The position numbers and the translations under genes were made by a program. A stretch of 64,000 nt of DNA from the NCBI GenBank assembly GCA_963827165.1, contig CAWGZR010000003.1, forward strand, positions 96,001 to 160,000. The letters run 5' to 3'. The notes under the pieces were generated by a model that did not search any database, was not told where the DNA came from, and saw only the letters and a program-made list of their open reading frames with translations. The stretch's first letter is position 1, and every line of letters begins with the position of its first letter. The DNA is from Candidatus Bathyarchaeota archaeon. GTDB lineage: Archaea; Thermoproteota; Bathyarchaeia; Bathyarchaeales; Bathycorpusculaceae. This document shows positions 19,287-29,846 of the stretch, piece by piece.

Positions 19287-20885
19287 ATGACGATAGCTCT
19301 TCTCTCTGTATTCCTAATTCCAGCCATAAGCATACCTTTCGTTTATTTAGTCGGCAAGAAATCCGCGAAGTGGGCAGCAATCTTTGTAGCTTTAATCTCG
19401 CTAGTCAACATCTTGCTGGTTTCAACCACTATACCGACGATTCTAAACAGCGTCTCGCACCGCTACGTTGAATCTTACAATTGGTTCAGCACCGGAAGCA
19501 TCTCGGTGTCTTTCACTTTGTTCACTGATGGCATCAGTGCGTCAATAGCTCTCGTCAGCCTCGCCCTAATCCTGGTAGCAGCCATCTTCTCAATAAACTA
19601 CATGAGTGGCAAAAAACACCTAGCCGTCTACTACGCGCTCCTCGCAATGCTCTCTGTTGGCATGGTCGGAGTCTTCATTACATCCAACTTCATCCTCTTT
19701 TATCTCTGCTGGGAGCTGATGCTTGTTCCAGCGTACTTCATAGTCGGCGAATGGGGCTACAAAGACAGCTACAAGCAAGCATTCAAACTGTTCATTTGGA
19801 CTCACGCAGGAGCCGTCTTCGTCCTCCTGGGTCTCGGAGCAATATACATTTTCTCAGGAAACTCAGACATGTTCGCAGCACAAGCCTGGCTTGTCAACAA
19901 TGCGGCGGGCACGAGCTGGGTTCAGTGGGTACTCATCGCCTTAACCGCAGGATTCGCCGTCAAAATGGCTGTTATCCCAGTGCACATGTGGCTGCCCGAC
20001 GCCCACTCTGAAGCTCCAGCGCCAATGTCCGCGCTGCTCAGCGGAGTCATCATCAGCGCGGGAGCTTATGCAATTTTGCGTCTCTCTTTAGGAATGGTTT
20101 TCCCTGCAGTAAACATTACTTTTGGCACAAACTTTCTGCACGCCCTGTCTATAGTAGGCATCCTCTCTGCGTTTTTCGGCTCACTTATCGCTTTGGTTTC
20201 AACCGACATAAAACGGCTTATAGCTTACTCAAGCATCGCCCATATGGGCTACATAATGTTCGGGCTATCACTTTTCCCAGCTAACGCAGCTGCAGGAACA
20301 GTTGTGCTTCTGTCCTCAGCCATCGCAATTACCGGAACTGTTCTGCATATCATCAGCCACGCATTAAGCAAGGGGCTTCTCTTCCTTAGCGCAGGCGGCA
20401 TTATGCATCAAACGGAAAAGCGTGACATCCGCAAGATGGGTGGCTTAGCAAGCAAGATGCCTTTCACAGCGGTATCGTCAATGATTGCGGCTTTAAGCAT
20501 TGGTGGAGCACCGCCTTTTGCGTGTTTCATCAGTGAATTCTTGATTTTCGTCGGAGCCTTCGATGTGATGCGTGTTGACTCCTTCTACATCATACCCACA
20601 GCGCTCATGCTCGTAGCGACAGTGCTTTCACTCGCTTACATGCTGAGATTTGTTTCGATGATTTTCTTTGGTGAACCCAAGGATGAAACCATGGAAGCCG
20701 CGGATGTGGAGGCTGTTGAAGCAACTAAACCCGATCATGTGCACAAAGTCCTTGATGTGCCAAACTACATTAAAGTGTCATTTGCGATCTTGGTGATTTT
20801 GGTTGTTCTCGTTGGAATTTACCCGACGTTCTTCATACATCTGATTCAAACAGTAAGCATGGGCGGACACGGAGGATTGAACTAA
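19287..20885 (+). CDS. nuoM: NuoM-like antiporter subunit
   Basis: WELMLVP, P.HMWLPDAHSEAP.P.S, KRLIAYSSIAHMG. Confidence 0.92.
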   Translation: MTIALLSVFLIPAISIPFVYLVGKKSAKWAAIFVALISLVNILLVSTTIPTILNSVSHRYVESYNWFSTGSISVSFTLFTDGISASIALVSLALILVAAIFSINYMSGKKHLAVYYALLAMLSVGMVGVFITSNFILFYLCWELMLVPAYFIVGEWGYKDSYKQAFKLFIWTHAGAVFVLLGLGAIYIFSGNSDMFAAQAWLVNNAAGTSWVQWVLIALTAGFAVKMAVIPVHMWLPDAHSEAPAPMSALLSGVIISAGAYAILRLSLGMVFPAVNITFGTNFLHALSIVGILSAFFGSLIALVSTDIKRLIAYSSIAHMGYIMFGLSLFPANAAAGTVVLLSSAIAITGTVLHIISHALSKGLLFLSAGGIMHQTEKRDIRKMGGLASKMPFTAVSSMIAALSIGGAPPFACFISEFLIFVGAFDVMRVDSFYIIPTALMLVATVLSLAYMLRFVSMIFFGEPKDETMEAADVEAVEATKPDHVHKVLDVPNYIKVSFAILVILVVLVGIYPTFFIHLIQTVSMGGHGGLN

Positions 20886-20886
20886 A

Positions 20887-22401
20887 ATGGTACAAGCTAT
20901 AGACGTTTTATTACCCATTATTACCCTTGTAATAGGTGCTCTCATAACTATCCCGCTTTTCAGATTAATACGGAAAAGCTCGAACCCAACTGCGCTTACT
21001 ACAGCCTGGTTTGTAGCAGTTTTCGCTATCACTGGGGCAACGGTAGCTAACCTTGCATTAAGCTACTACAGTCTTCCCTCGCCAGGTATCCTTAACTTCG
21101 GCTTAAACGGCACCACAAATCTGTTCTCAAGCGCCTTCATGGTCGACGCCATATCGATCTTTATGGCAATAATCGTCGTGGGACTCAGCGCCGTCGTCGT
21201 CCTCTACAGCGTTTTCAGCGTAGGTAACAATGAGCGACCTTCAGAAAGATACTTCGCCATTATGCTCATGACAACCGCCGGCTTGCTGGGCGCCGTCCTC
21301 GCAGGCGATCTCCTGACCCTCTTCATATTCTGGGAAGCAGCCACAGCAGGCGCAGCATTCCTGATGCTCTACAAGAAAAACGCGTTCAGCATCAACGCTA
21401 CCCTCAAGTACCTCATAATGATCATCATCGCCTCAGCCTTTGTGATTTTAGGCATATCAATCGTTTACGGCTTAACCGGAACCCTCAACTACATAGGCGT
21501 AGGCACAGTATTGCAAACTGTTGGCGCCAGCAATCACCTGCTCATTATAGCCTTCATATTTATCGCGGCAGGCTACGCAATTGAAGCCGCAATCGTTCCA
21601 TTCCATTTCTGGCTGCCCGACGCATACACAGCAGCCCCTGCTTCCTCCGCAACGTTCTTGTCAGCTCTTGTTGACCAGGGCAGCTACTATATTCTCATCC
21701 GAGTACTCTTGTACATCATAATTCCTAAGGGTCCAAACGCAGTTCTAGATTGGACACTTATGCTTGCCGCGTTGGCGTCTGTGACAATGATCGTCGGCAA
21801 CCTCTTCGCACTAATACAAACTAACGTAAAACGCTTAATTGCGTACATCTGCGTTGCAGACGTCGGCTACAACCTAGTAGCAATCTCAAGCGTGACCGCG
21901 CTGGGAATAACAAGCAACCTATACTTCTTCCTAATCGGCGGCATCACCACGGGACTCGCATTCATGGCAATCGGGGTCATCAACAGCCACGGCTTCACCA
22001 CCTTGGACGACATGTCAGGACTCGGAAAAAGAATGCCGCTTGTCTGCTTAGCCCTCGTAATGGCTAGCTTATCATTTGCAGGTGTCCCACCGTTCGGCGG
22101 CTTCCTAGCCAAATTCTTCGTCTTCAGCGCAGCAATCCAAGGCAACCTCGCATGGCTTGCAATCATCGGAATCATCACCAGCGTACTGCAAACCGCTTAC
22201 CTATTCCGCCTCATCTACGTGTTCTATGGAAAGAAACCCAAAGATGAAACATCCATAAAAGAGCCAAAACGCATCTTAGTCCCAATCTTCATAATGGCAG
22301 GCGTCCTAATACTCGTAGGCATCTACCCACAAATAGTTCTCAGCCTAATCCACCCAGTCGTTAACCAACTCAAAACATTCATACCCACACTGCCAACATA
22401 A
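20887..22401 (+). CDS. nuoN: NuoN-like antiporter subunit
   Basis: VPFHFWLPDAY, GNLFAL.Q..VKRL, SFAGVPPFGGF.AKF. Confidence 0.9.
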   Translation: MVQAIDVLLPIITLVIGALITIPLFRLIRKSSNPTALTTAWFVAVFAITGATVANLALSYYSLPSPGILNFGLNGTTNLFSSAFMVDAISIFMAIIVVGLSAVVVLYSVFSVGNNERPSERYFAIMLMTTAGLLGAVLAGDLLTLFIFWEAATAGAAFLMLYKKNAFSINATLKYLIMIIIASAFVILGISIVYGLTGTLNYIGVGTVLQTVGASNHLLIIAFIFIAAGYAIEAAIVPFHFWLPDAYTAAPASSATFLSALVDQGSYYILIRVLLYIIIPKGPNAVLDWTLMLAALASVTMIVGNLFALIQTNVKRLIAYICVADVGYNLVAISSVTALGITSNLYFFLIGGITTGLAFMAIGVINSHGFTTLDDMSGLGKRMPLVCLALVMASLSFAGVPPFGGFLAKFFVFSAAIQGNLAWLAIIGIITSVLQTAYLFRLIYVFYGKKPKDETSIKEPKRILVPIFIMAGVLILVGIYPQIVLSLIHPVVNQLKTFIPTLPT

Positions 22402-22512
22402 GCTAAGACAAAACCACCAATTGAAAAAAGAAGGCACCAGTGCTATCCTACTGTTCTTCTTCCTTCAATTGCCTGCGTAACAATCGGCTACCCTTGCGCG
22501 AAAACAAAAAAG

Positions 22513-23754
22513 CTATTTTCTTATTTGCCCGCTGCCAAGAACAACATACTTTGTGGAGGTTAGGTGTTGTGCGCTCATGGGTCCTCTTGCATGGAGTTTT
22601 TGGGTGCTGATACCGATTTCCGCACCTAACCCAAACTGGTTGCCATCTGTGAATCTTGTTGAGGCGTTCCAGTAGACTGCGGCCGAATCGATTTCTTTTA
22701 TGAACCGCTTGGCTTTGTCAAAGTCCGTTGTTAGTATAGAGTCTGAATGGTGTGTTCCATACTTGTTGATGTGCTCTATGGCTTCGTCGAGGTCTTTGAC
22801 AACTTTGACGCCTATAATGAGGTCAAGGTACTCTGTGTACCAGTCCGTCTCAGTTGCGGCTTTCACGTCTGGAACTATCCTGCGGGTTTCGTCGTCGCCC
22901 CTAACCTCAACGCCTTTCTCTTTAAGGGCTGCAATCGCCTCTGGGAGGTAACGTTCAGCGATCTTGCTGTGAACCAGAAGTTTTTCAGCGGCATTGCATG
23001 TTCCAGGTCTTTGGCATTTCGCATTGATAACAATTGGTGTGGCTTTTGATAGGTCAGCGTCTTCTTCGACGTAAATGTGGCAGTTGCCCGTCCCAGTTTC
23101 AATAACTGGGATATGGGAAGTTTCAACCACCGTCTTGATCAGGTCTGCGCCGCCTCGGGGAATAAGAACATCAATGTATTCTCGCATCTGCATGAGCTCC
23201 TCAACAAATTGGCGATCAGCAGACTCCACTACCTGGACAGCGTCAACGGGCACTTGAGTTCCCATCAATGCGTCCCTTAGAACCTCGCCTATGGTGACAT
23301 TTGAGTTTAAGGCGTCAGAGCCTCCGCGTAGAATCACGGCGTTTCCCGATTTGATACAGATTCCCGCTGCGTCAGAGGTCACGTCGGGCCTTGACTCATA
23401 AATTATTCCGACAACTCCGAGAGGCACTCGAACTTGGCTGATGATCAGTCCGTTGGGGCGTGTCCACGTATTTAGGATTGTGCCAATTGGATCAGGCAAA
23501 GCAGAAACTTCGCGTAGACCCTTAGCCATAGCCTGAATCTTGCGTTGGTCAAGCAATAAACGATCAATCAACGCCGCCTTAAGCCCACTATGCATCGCAG
23601 CATCAACATCAGTTAAGTTGGCAACCAAAATCTTCTCAGCATTAGCTTCAAGCGCGTTTGCCATTCTGCACAGAGCGGTGTTCTTGGCTTCCGCCGTAAG
23701 CTTTGCCAATTCAACAGAGGCGGATTTGGCTTTTATGCACATTTCAGTTATCAT
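22513..23754 (-). CDS. proA: Gamma-glutamyl phosphate reductase
   Basis: VPLGVVGIIYESRP, IPRGG, NASTRFTDG, GISTQKLHARGP. Confidence 0.97.
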   Translation of the reverse strand: MITEMCIKAKSASVELAKLTAEAKNTALCRMANALEANAEKILVANLTDVDAAMHSGLKAALIDRLLLDQRKIQAMAKGLREVSALPDPIGTILNTWTRPNGLIISQVRVPLGVVGIIYESRPDVTSDAAGICIKSGNAVILRGGSDALNSNVTIGEVLRDALMGTQVPVDAVQVVESADRQFVEELMQMREYIDVLIPRGGADLIKTVVETSHIPVIETGTGNCHIYVEEDADLSKATPIVINAKCQRPGTCNAAEKLLVHSKIAERYLPEAIAALKEKGVEVRGDDETRRIVPDVKAATETDWYTEYLDLIIGVKVVKDLDEAIEHINKYGTHHSDSILTTDFDKAKRFIKEIDSAAVYWNASTRFTDGNQFGLGAEIGISTQKLHARGPMSAQHLTSTKYVVLGSGQIRK

Positions 23755-24880
23755 TTTTTTCTTCCCCGATCAGATGGATATTCCTATGCTCCACTGCTTC
23801 TTTAGGCTTATCAGAACCAAGTTTCTGCTGGACGTCAGTTACTTGACATCCTTTAATCAAGCTTAATTCTCCGCTCGAAAAATTAGGGTTGCCTTTGGCG
23901 AACTCAACCTTGCATTCATCCATGATACTGACGACGTCGCCGACATTGAACTGTCCCACAACACTGATTATGCCTACTGGCAGGAGACTTGAGCCTTCAA
24001 GAATCGCTTTCTTTGCTCCTGCGTTTACCTGGATTTCCCCTTTGACGGCGGCTCCGTAAGCTATCCAACGTTTAACCGCGGACAGAGGGTTTTGAGGCTT
24101 GAAGAATGTGCCAACGTCTTTTCCGGCTATAATGTCCAAGATGACGTTTTCCCGCCGGCTGTTGGCTATAACCATTGGGATGCCGCAGGAAGTTGCGATT
24201 TCAGCGGCTTTGATTTTGCTTTGTATGCCGCCTCTGCCCAGCTTGCTTTTCCCGTTTAGCGAGCTTTTGAGTTCAGGCGTTATTGCTTCAACCGTTTTTA
24301 TCAGTTGTGCGCCGGGCTCCTGAGGGTCTGCGGTGAATAAGCCGTCTACGTCTGATAGTATGATAATCATGTCTGCGCCCATCGCGTTGGCCACCAAAAC
24401 TGAGAGGATGTCGTTGTCGCTGAAGTTTACTCTGTAACCTTCTTTTTGCCGCAGCTCAGCTACGGATGTCACATCGTTCTCATTGATGATTGGGATAACA
24501 CCCGTCTTGAGAAGCATATTGAGCACGTTACATGTGTGCACGTAAGATGCCCTGTTTGAAAGATCTTCAGCGGTAAGCAGAATCTGCGCAGCCTTTAGTC
24601 CGTGTGATTTGAAGAGTTCACGGTATTTAGCCATCAAAACGCTTTGACCTGTTGCGGCTGCAGCCTGCTGAAACACAATGTCGTTGGGTTTGGGAGGGAT
24701 TCCAAGTTCCGCGATGCCCGCTGCAACAGCACCTGAAGTTACAAGGACAACTTTGTCGCCCTGCTTCGTTGCTTCCGCTATTTGACTGGTTAGTTTATGC
24801 ATTTCTTCTTGGTCAAGGTTTCCCTCAACGGTTGTTATGCCGCTGGTTCCAACCTTAACAACTATCAATCTTGAAGGCAT
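23744..24880 (-). CDS. proB: Glutamate 5-kinase with PUA domain
   Basis: VVKVGTS, TSGAVAAG, INENDV, SDND, SLLPVGI. Confidence 0.97.
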   Translation of the reverse strand: MPSRLIVVKVGTSGITTVEGNLDQEEMHKLTSQIAEATKQGDKVVLVTSGAVAAGIAELGIPPKPNDIVFQQAAAATGQSVLMAKYRELFKSHGLKAAQILLTAEDLSNRASYVHTCNVLNMLLKTGVIPIINENDVTSVAELRQKEGYRVNFSDNDILSVLVANAMGADMIIILSDVDGLFTADPQEPGAQLIKTVEAITPELKSSLNGKSKLGRGGIQSKIKAAEIATSCGIPMVIANSRRENVILDIIAGKDVGTFFKPQNPLSAVKRWIAYGAAVKGEIQVNAGAKKAILEGSSLLPVGIISVVGQFNVGDVVSIMDECKVEFAKGNPNFSSGELSLIKGCQVTDVQQKLGSDKPKEAVEHRNIHLIGEEKNDN

Positions 24881-25050
24881 CGGGTAATCACTTTTAAAGG
24901 ATGAATTGAGATAGGCGGCGGTTCCTTAAAAATGCAACCAAATTAGCACCTCAAAAACTAGTTTTTTTTGAAGAAATTTCTTGTTTATACATGGCGTTGG
25001 TCAAACATATTAGAAAAACATATAAGGAAAATGGTCATGGCTTGTAGAAC

Positions 25051-27273
25051 ATGCTCATACCCTTACAAGCGTTAGTAACATCATCTGTTAGCTCAGTTTC
25101 TACCCTCGTATTTTGGATTGCGCCTATTGCAGGTGTAATCGCTGTACTTGCCTCACTCTTGTTAATGCGTCATATTGGCAAAATGAGTGCCGGCGGAGCA
25201 AAAGCCCAAGAAGTAGGAGCAGCTATTCGGGAAGGTGCATACGCTTTCCTGAAGCGTCAATACACAACAATCGCGATCATCACCGTTGTTGTCTTCGTAT
25301 TACTTTGGGTTGCTCTACCAACCGGGTTTCTCGGTTTAGGTACAGCAGCGGCTTTTCTCATCGGAGCAGTTGCTTCATTGGCAGCTGGCTACATAGCCAT
25401 GGACAACGCGACCAAAGCGAACGTTCGCACCGTAGCAGCGGCAAAAGAATATGGCGCGGAAAAAGCGCTTAAAACCGCTTTTTACGGCGGCGCAACAATG
25501 GGCATGGCTGTTGTCGGTTTATCTCTTTTAGGCGTAAGTTTTCTATTCCTGTTTTACGGCGGCTACAACATTATGTTTAACCACCTCAGCGCCGCAACCG
25601 CTGCGTCACAAATAAAAGCGTTTTCAATAAGCGGAATCGTCGGCATGGGTTTTGGCGCCTCACTAATTGCGTTGTTTGCCCAGCTTGGAGGCGGAATCTA
25701 CACTAAAGCAGCAGACGTAGGCGCAGACCTCGTTGGCAAAGTTGAAGCAGGCATTCCTGAAGACGATCCACGCAACCCCGCAGTCATCGCAGACAACGTC
25801 GGTGACAACGTCGGTGATTCGGCTGGAAGAGGCGCAGACTTGTTTGAATCTGCCACTGGGGAGAACATCGGCGGCATGATCATCGGCGGCTTAATCAGCA
25901 TAGCCACTGGGAACCTCATATTCCTGATTTTCCCACTAATCGCCCGCGCTCTAGGCATCTTTGCAACGTTAGTCGGCATGCCTTTCGTGAAGCTGAACGA
26001 AGCAGAAGCTAAGCACCCAATGAAAGCTCTAAGAAAAGGACTCATGGTCACCACAATCATATCCGGAATTTTGTTCTTCTTCGCAACAATTTACCTCTTA
26101 GGCAACGGACAATTTTCCCTTACATTCTTCTACCTTTACTTCTGCTTACTTGCAGGCTTGGGCGCAAGTGTAGCAATTGATTACATAACTGACTACTATA
26201 CTGGAAGTGACCGAGGCCCAGTTGGAAGAATCGCTAGAGCAAGCCAAACGGGAGCAGCAACCAACATTATCACGGGTTTCGCAGTGGGGCTTGAAACAAC
26301 GGCTTTGCCGATTGTCTCATTAGTAATCGCACTGATTACTTCGTACTACTTCGGCACTCAATTCGCCATTTCATGGAACACTACCCATGCCGTTGCACAA
26401 CAAATCACGCCTTTCATCGGCGGAATCTACGGAACCACACTTGCTACTATGGGTATGCTCGCAGTTATGGGCATGGTACTAGCCCTTGACGGCTTTGGCC
26501 CAATCGCCGACAACGCCGCTGGCATAGCTGAAATGTCAGGCGAAGGCGGCGCAGAAGAAACAATGGAAGCTCTAGACGCAGTCGGCAACACCACAAAAGC
26601 ACTAACAAAAGGATTCGCACTCGGCTCAGCCCTTCTTGCAGCCCAGCTGTTATTCCAAACCTATGCTTCAGAAGTTACGACACGCACGGGCAAACCCTTC
26701 GTCGTTGACATCTCTAACCCAGCCGTGCTAATCGCAGGATTCATCGGAGCAATGCTGCCATTCTTCTTCTCATCTCAAGCAATCAGCGCAGTAGGCAAAG
26801 CAGCCGGTGAAATGGTTGATGAAGTCAGACGGCAATTCAGAGAAATCCCGGGTATCATGGAGGGAACAGGCAAACCCGAATACGGCAAAGCAGTGGACAT
26901 CAGCACAAAAGCAGCTTTGAAAGGCATGGTGCTTCCAGGACTGATCCTCGTAATTGTTCCAATAATCGTCGGTGTCCTTCTGGGACCTGAAGCCGTAGGT
27001 GCATTCGTAATCGGCGCAACAATATCCGCAGTACCACTCGCACTATTCATGAACACTGGCGGAGGAGCATGGGACAACGCAAAGAAATTCATTGAAACAG
27101 GCAAATACGGCGGCAAAGGCTCACCAGCACATGCCGCAGCAGTAGTAGGCGACACAGTCGGCGACCCATTAAAAGACACCGCAGGACCAAGCCTTCACGT
27201 ACTCATAAAATTGCTCAGCACGCTATCAATCGTCTTCATTCCGCTGTTCATAAACTTGCTACACCTAATCTAA
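25051..27273 (+). CDS. hppA: Membrane-bound H+-translocating pyrophosphatase (K+-independent type)
   Basis: GGIYTKAADVGADLVGKVE, DNVGDNVGD, GNTTKA, GDTVGDPLKD. Confidence 0.96.
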   Translation: MLIPLQALVTSSVSSVSTLVFWIAPIAGVIAVLASLLLMRHIGKMSAGGAKAQEVGAAIREGAYAFLKRQYTTIAIITVVVFVLLWVALPTGFLGLGTAAAFLIGAVASLAAGYIAMDNATKANVRTVAAAKEYGAEKALKTAFYGGATMGMAVVGLSLLGVSFLFLFYGGYNIMFNHLSAATAASQIKAFSISGIVGMGFGASLIALFAQLGGGIYTKAADVGADLVGKVEAGIPEDDPRNPAVIADNVGDNVGDSAGRGADLFESATGENIGGMIIGGLISIATGNLIFLIFPLIARALGIFATLVGMPFVKLNEAEAKHPMKALRKGLMVTTIISGILFFFATIYLLGNGQFSLTFFYLYFCLLAGLGASVAIDYITDYYTGSDRGPVGRIARASQTGAATNIITGFAVGLETTALPIVSLVIALITSYYFGTQFAISWNTTHAVAQQITPFIGGIYGTTLATMGMLAVMGMVLALDGFGPIADNAAGIAEMSGEGGAEETMEALDAVGNTTKALTKGFALGSALLAAQLLFQTYASEVTTRTGKPFVVDISNPAVLIAGFIGAMLPFFFSSQAISAVGKAAGEMVDEVRRQFREIPGIMEGTGKPEYGKAVDISTKAALKGMVLPGLILVIVPIIVGVLLGPEAVGAFVIGATISAVPLALFMNTGGGAWDNAKKFIETGKYGGKGSPAHAAAVVGDTVGDPLKDTAGPSLHVLIKLLSTLSIVFIPLFINLLHLI

Positions 27274-27356
27274 AAAACGATGCAAGAAAGGGAATTTTTT
27301 TTTATTCCCTAACCATATTATTTTTTATTTGTCGAATTTAATGTTATTTCTGCCAA

Positions 27357-27695
27357 TCAAAGGGTTTGTTCGCTTTGAGGAATTCTGCCGTTATAGCCGT
27401 CTTTTTTTGCTTGTTCTGCAATCTCCCTGCCCGCTTCTGTAAGGTGGTAAAGCTTGTATCGATTGCGTCCATCTCTAGTAAGTTTGATTTCATCTCGAAA
27501 AAGCCCAGCGCTCGTCAAAAAGTCACACAGTGCTAAATCAACTGACTGAACACGTGTTCCTAAACTTTCATCCAATAAAGAAAAGTAATTGTCTTTATTG
27601 TTTAAGGCTGCTAAAAGACACCCTTTCAAGAGTTCCGTTTGACTTTGCACATACTTGCATAAATAATCCTCAAGATTTTGCACCATTAAAATCAC
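27357..27695 (-). CDS. Small winged-helix-like protein
   Basis: L..AGLF...K..R.GR.RYKLYHLTEAGREIA wing motif; SD GGTGA upstream. Confidence 0.55.
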   Translation of the reverse strand: MILMVQNLEDYLCKYVQSQTELLKGCLLAALNNKDNYFSLLDESLGTRVQSVDLALCDFLTSAGLFRDEIKLTRDGRNRYKLYHLTEAGREIAEQAKKDGYNGRIPQSEQTL

Positions 27696-28200
27696 CTGAA
27701 ATAATTAACAAATAACCTAGGGAGGAGGGAAAATTTAAGTTTTGCCCACAGAAGAGTTTCCGCTTGCCTGATAGGTTCCTCTCCAGCCACTTTAGCTGCA
27801 TTTTTGGATTCTGCATAGTTCTTTTTTGATATACCCGCAGGTTGTCAGGGGTAATTTGAACAGTAAGGTTCATAATTTCTTATTTTCCTCTCTTAATTGG
27901 GCTCGAATTGGGTTTGAATTGCAAAATATTGGCGATCCGTGCCGTGTCTTGTGAGAATGTTGGAACTTGTGCTCCATTGTTTTGAGGTGGCTTTGAACTA
28001 AAGTGATATTGGACTTGCGGTAAAAGCGTGTGAGCCTGCGGTCTGCTTAAAATCCGTTTTTTTAACGGCCACTCAGATGCTGATCTGTTGCTTTTGAATT
28101 ATCTGTCAAGCCGTTGGGGATGGAACGGAAAGTTAAAGCCTTGATATTCAGTGGCATGTTTTTATTTCTTCGTGCACAGTAAGCCTAAGAGTGCTGGCTG

Positions 28201-29292
28201 TTGAAGATTATTGAGAAGAACCTGCGTCAAGGCTTCGTTAAAGTAGTACCTGACACGCCAGATGACCTTTGGCACCTTTACAACGTCATCTACAAAGGCG
28301 ACGAAGTCTACGCTTACAGCAGCCGAGCCATAAAAAGCGACACAGAAACCTCTCGCCCCAAAAGCGCTGAACGCGTCTCCGCCTTCATGGGCGTAAAAGT
28401 CGAATCCGTCAGCTGGGACAAATTCCTAGGCAGGCTACGGGTCCACGGCTTAATCTGCCACGCCCCCGACATCATCCCAACAGGCGCCCACCACACTCTG
28501 AGAATCTCGCTGGATAAGCCAGTGACCATCGTTAAACCAGAGTGGCCCAGCCACCTTTTGGACAGGTTGGAAAAAGCAAGCCAAACCGAGAAACCCATGC
28601 TCATCATCTCCATCGACGACGAAGGCTTCGCCATAGCCGAAACCAAACAGTACGGATACGAAACCCGCGTCGAACAACGCATGCGGCTCCCAGGCAAACA
28701 CGAAGCAGACAAACGAGTAGAAGCAACAAAAGCATACTTCCGCTTAGCATTAAACAGCCTCGAAAAACTCTGGAGCCCAAACCACAATCCAATCGTCATT
28801 ATAGGTGCCGGCTACGTCAAAACAGATTTCGTGCGGTACCTAAACGAAGAAGCCCCGGAAATATCCAAATCTGTCGCTGACATCAAAAGCGTCAACAACG
28901 GAGGTACAGCAGGAATCGATGAGGCCTTACGCAGCGGCGTCTTGCTAAAAGCGGCGCATCAACTTCGGTTTGTCGAGGAAATGGAAACCATTGAGGAAGT
29001 TATGAAGCGGCTTGGGAAAGGCGAAGGCAACGTAACATACGGTTTTGACGCAGTAGAAAACGCCGTTAAGTTAGGTGCGGTTGAAAAGCTCGTGATTGCA
29101 GACACCTCCATCCGAGACGCGGACGAGCAACAACGGCTAAAGCTAGAGGAGCTTATGCACGAAGCCGAGCGGCGACGAGCAAACGTAACCGTAATCAGCA
29201 CCGAACACGAAGCAGGCGCAAAACTCTTATCGCTGGGCGGAATCGCAGCATTGCTCAGGTTTCCACTCTATCCAGGCAATACAAACCAATAA
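28201..29292 (+). CDS. pelA: Pelota / Dom34 ribosome rescue factor
   Basis: DDLWHLYNVI, RLRVHG, GAHHTL, EHEAG..L..LGGIAALLRF. Confidence 0.96.
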   Translation: MKIIEKNLRQGFVKVVPDTPDDLWHLYNVIYKGDEVYAYSSRAIKSDTETSRPKSAERVSAFMGVKVESVSWDKFLGRLRVHGLICHAPDIIPTGAHHTLRISLDKPVTIVKPEWPSHLLDRLEKASQTEKPMLIISIDDEGFAIAETKQYGYETRVEQRMRLPGKHEADKRVEATKAYFRLALNSLEKLWSPNHNPIVIIGAGYVKTDFVRYLNEEAPEISKSVADIKSVNNGGTAGIDEALRSGVLLKAAHQLRFVEEMETIEEVMKRLGKGEGNVTYGFDAVENAVKLGAVEKLVIADTSIRDADEQQRLKLEELMHEAERRRANVTVISTEHEAGAKLLSLGGIAALLRFPLYPGNTNQ

Positions 29293-29539
29293 CTTTTTTT
29301 TGGTTTATTTCAAAAAGTAGGCGTTTCTTTAGGGTTTTTTCGCTGCTTTATCGGCGTGAGGTGGTTTGCAGTTTTGCCCAGAATTTTTCTTTGTATTTTG
29401 GGTTGGTTTTTTAATTTGGGATTTATTTTAGCTGTGGGTTGCGTACAGAAAAGCATAGAAAAGGTTAGATAAGAACAGAAACGTATGAAAACGTATTGAA
29501 ACGTATGGAAAAGAATAAAAAAACATGAAACAAAAAATG

Positions 29540-29800
29540 TTAACTCAGGTTCGGAATTACAGCTAACCTGCACAGATTATGTGAGTTTACAGCTTTGGAT
29601 GCGTCCACCACATAATCAAGCTTGAAGGTCCCGCCAAGATACACTTCGAACGCACCAGCTTCGACCAATTCGTTGAGCTTCTTCACAAAAGCTCGATCGG
29701 TGTTGCCCATATAGCCGAGTAACCGAACGTTAGATGGTGTCCTGGGAGCCGACATGATGCTGCTTATCCACGGGTACGCCACTCGTTCACCCTCGCGCAT
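29540..29800 (-). pseudogene. C-terminal fragment of an MDR/NADP-dependent oxidoreductase
   Basis: G.RVAYP...LNELVEAG.FEV...F.L resembles an MDR C-terminus; no N-terminal domain; adjacent to an IS. Confidence 0.45.
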
Positions 29801-29846
29801 AGTTCAGAGGAAAAAGGGAAAAAATCGGTTGATTAGCAAAAAAAAA

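Noticed and set aside
12637-22401. True NADH dehydrogenase (complex I)
   Set aside because: NuoEFG are absent and the NiFe-binding cysteines are retained.
25698-28880. Long antisense or alternative-frame ORFs within hppA and pelota (and similar ones in nuoL/M/N and proAB)
   Set aside because: Shadow frames of well-supported genes.
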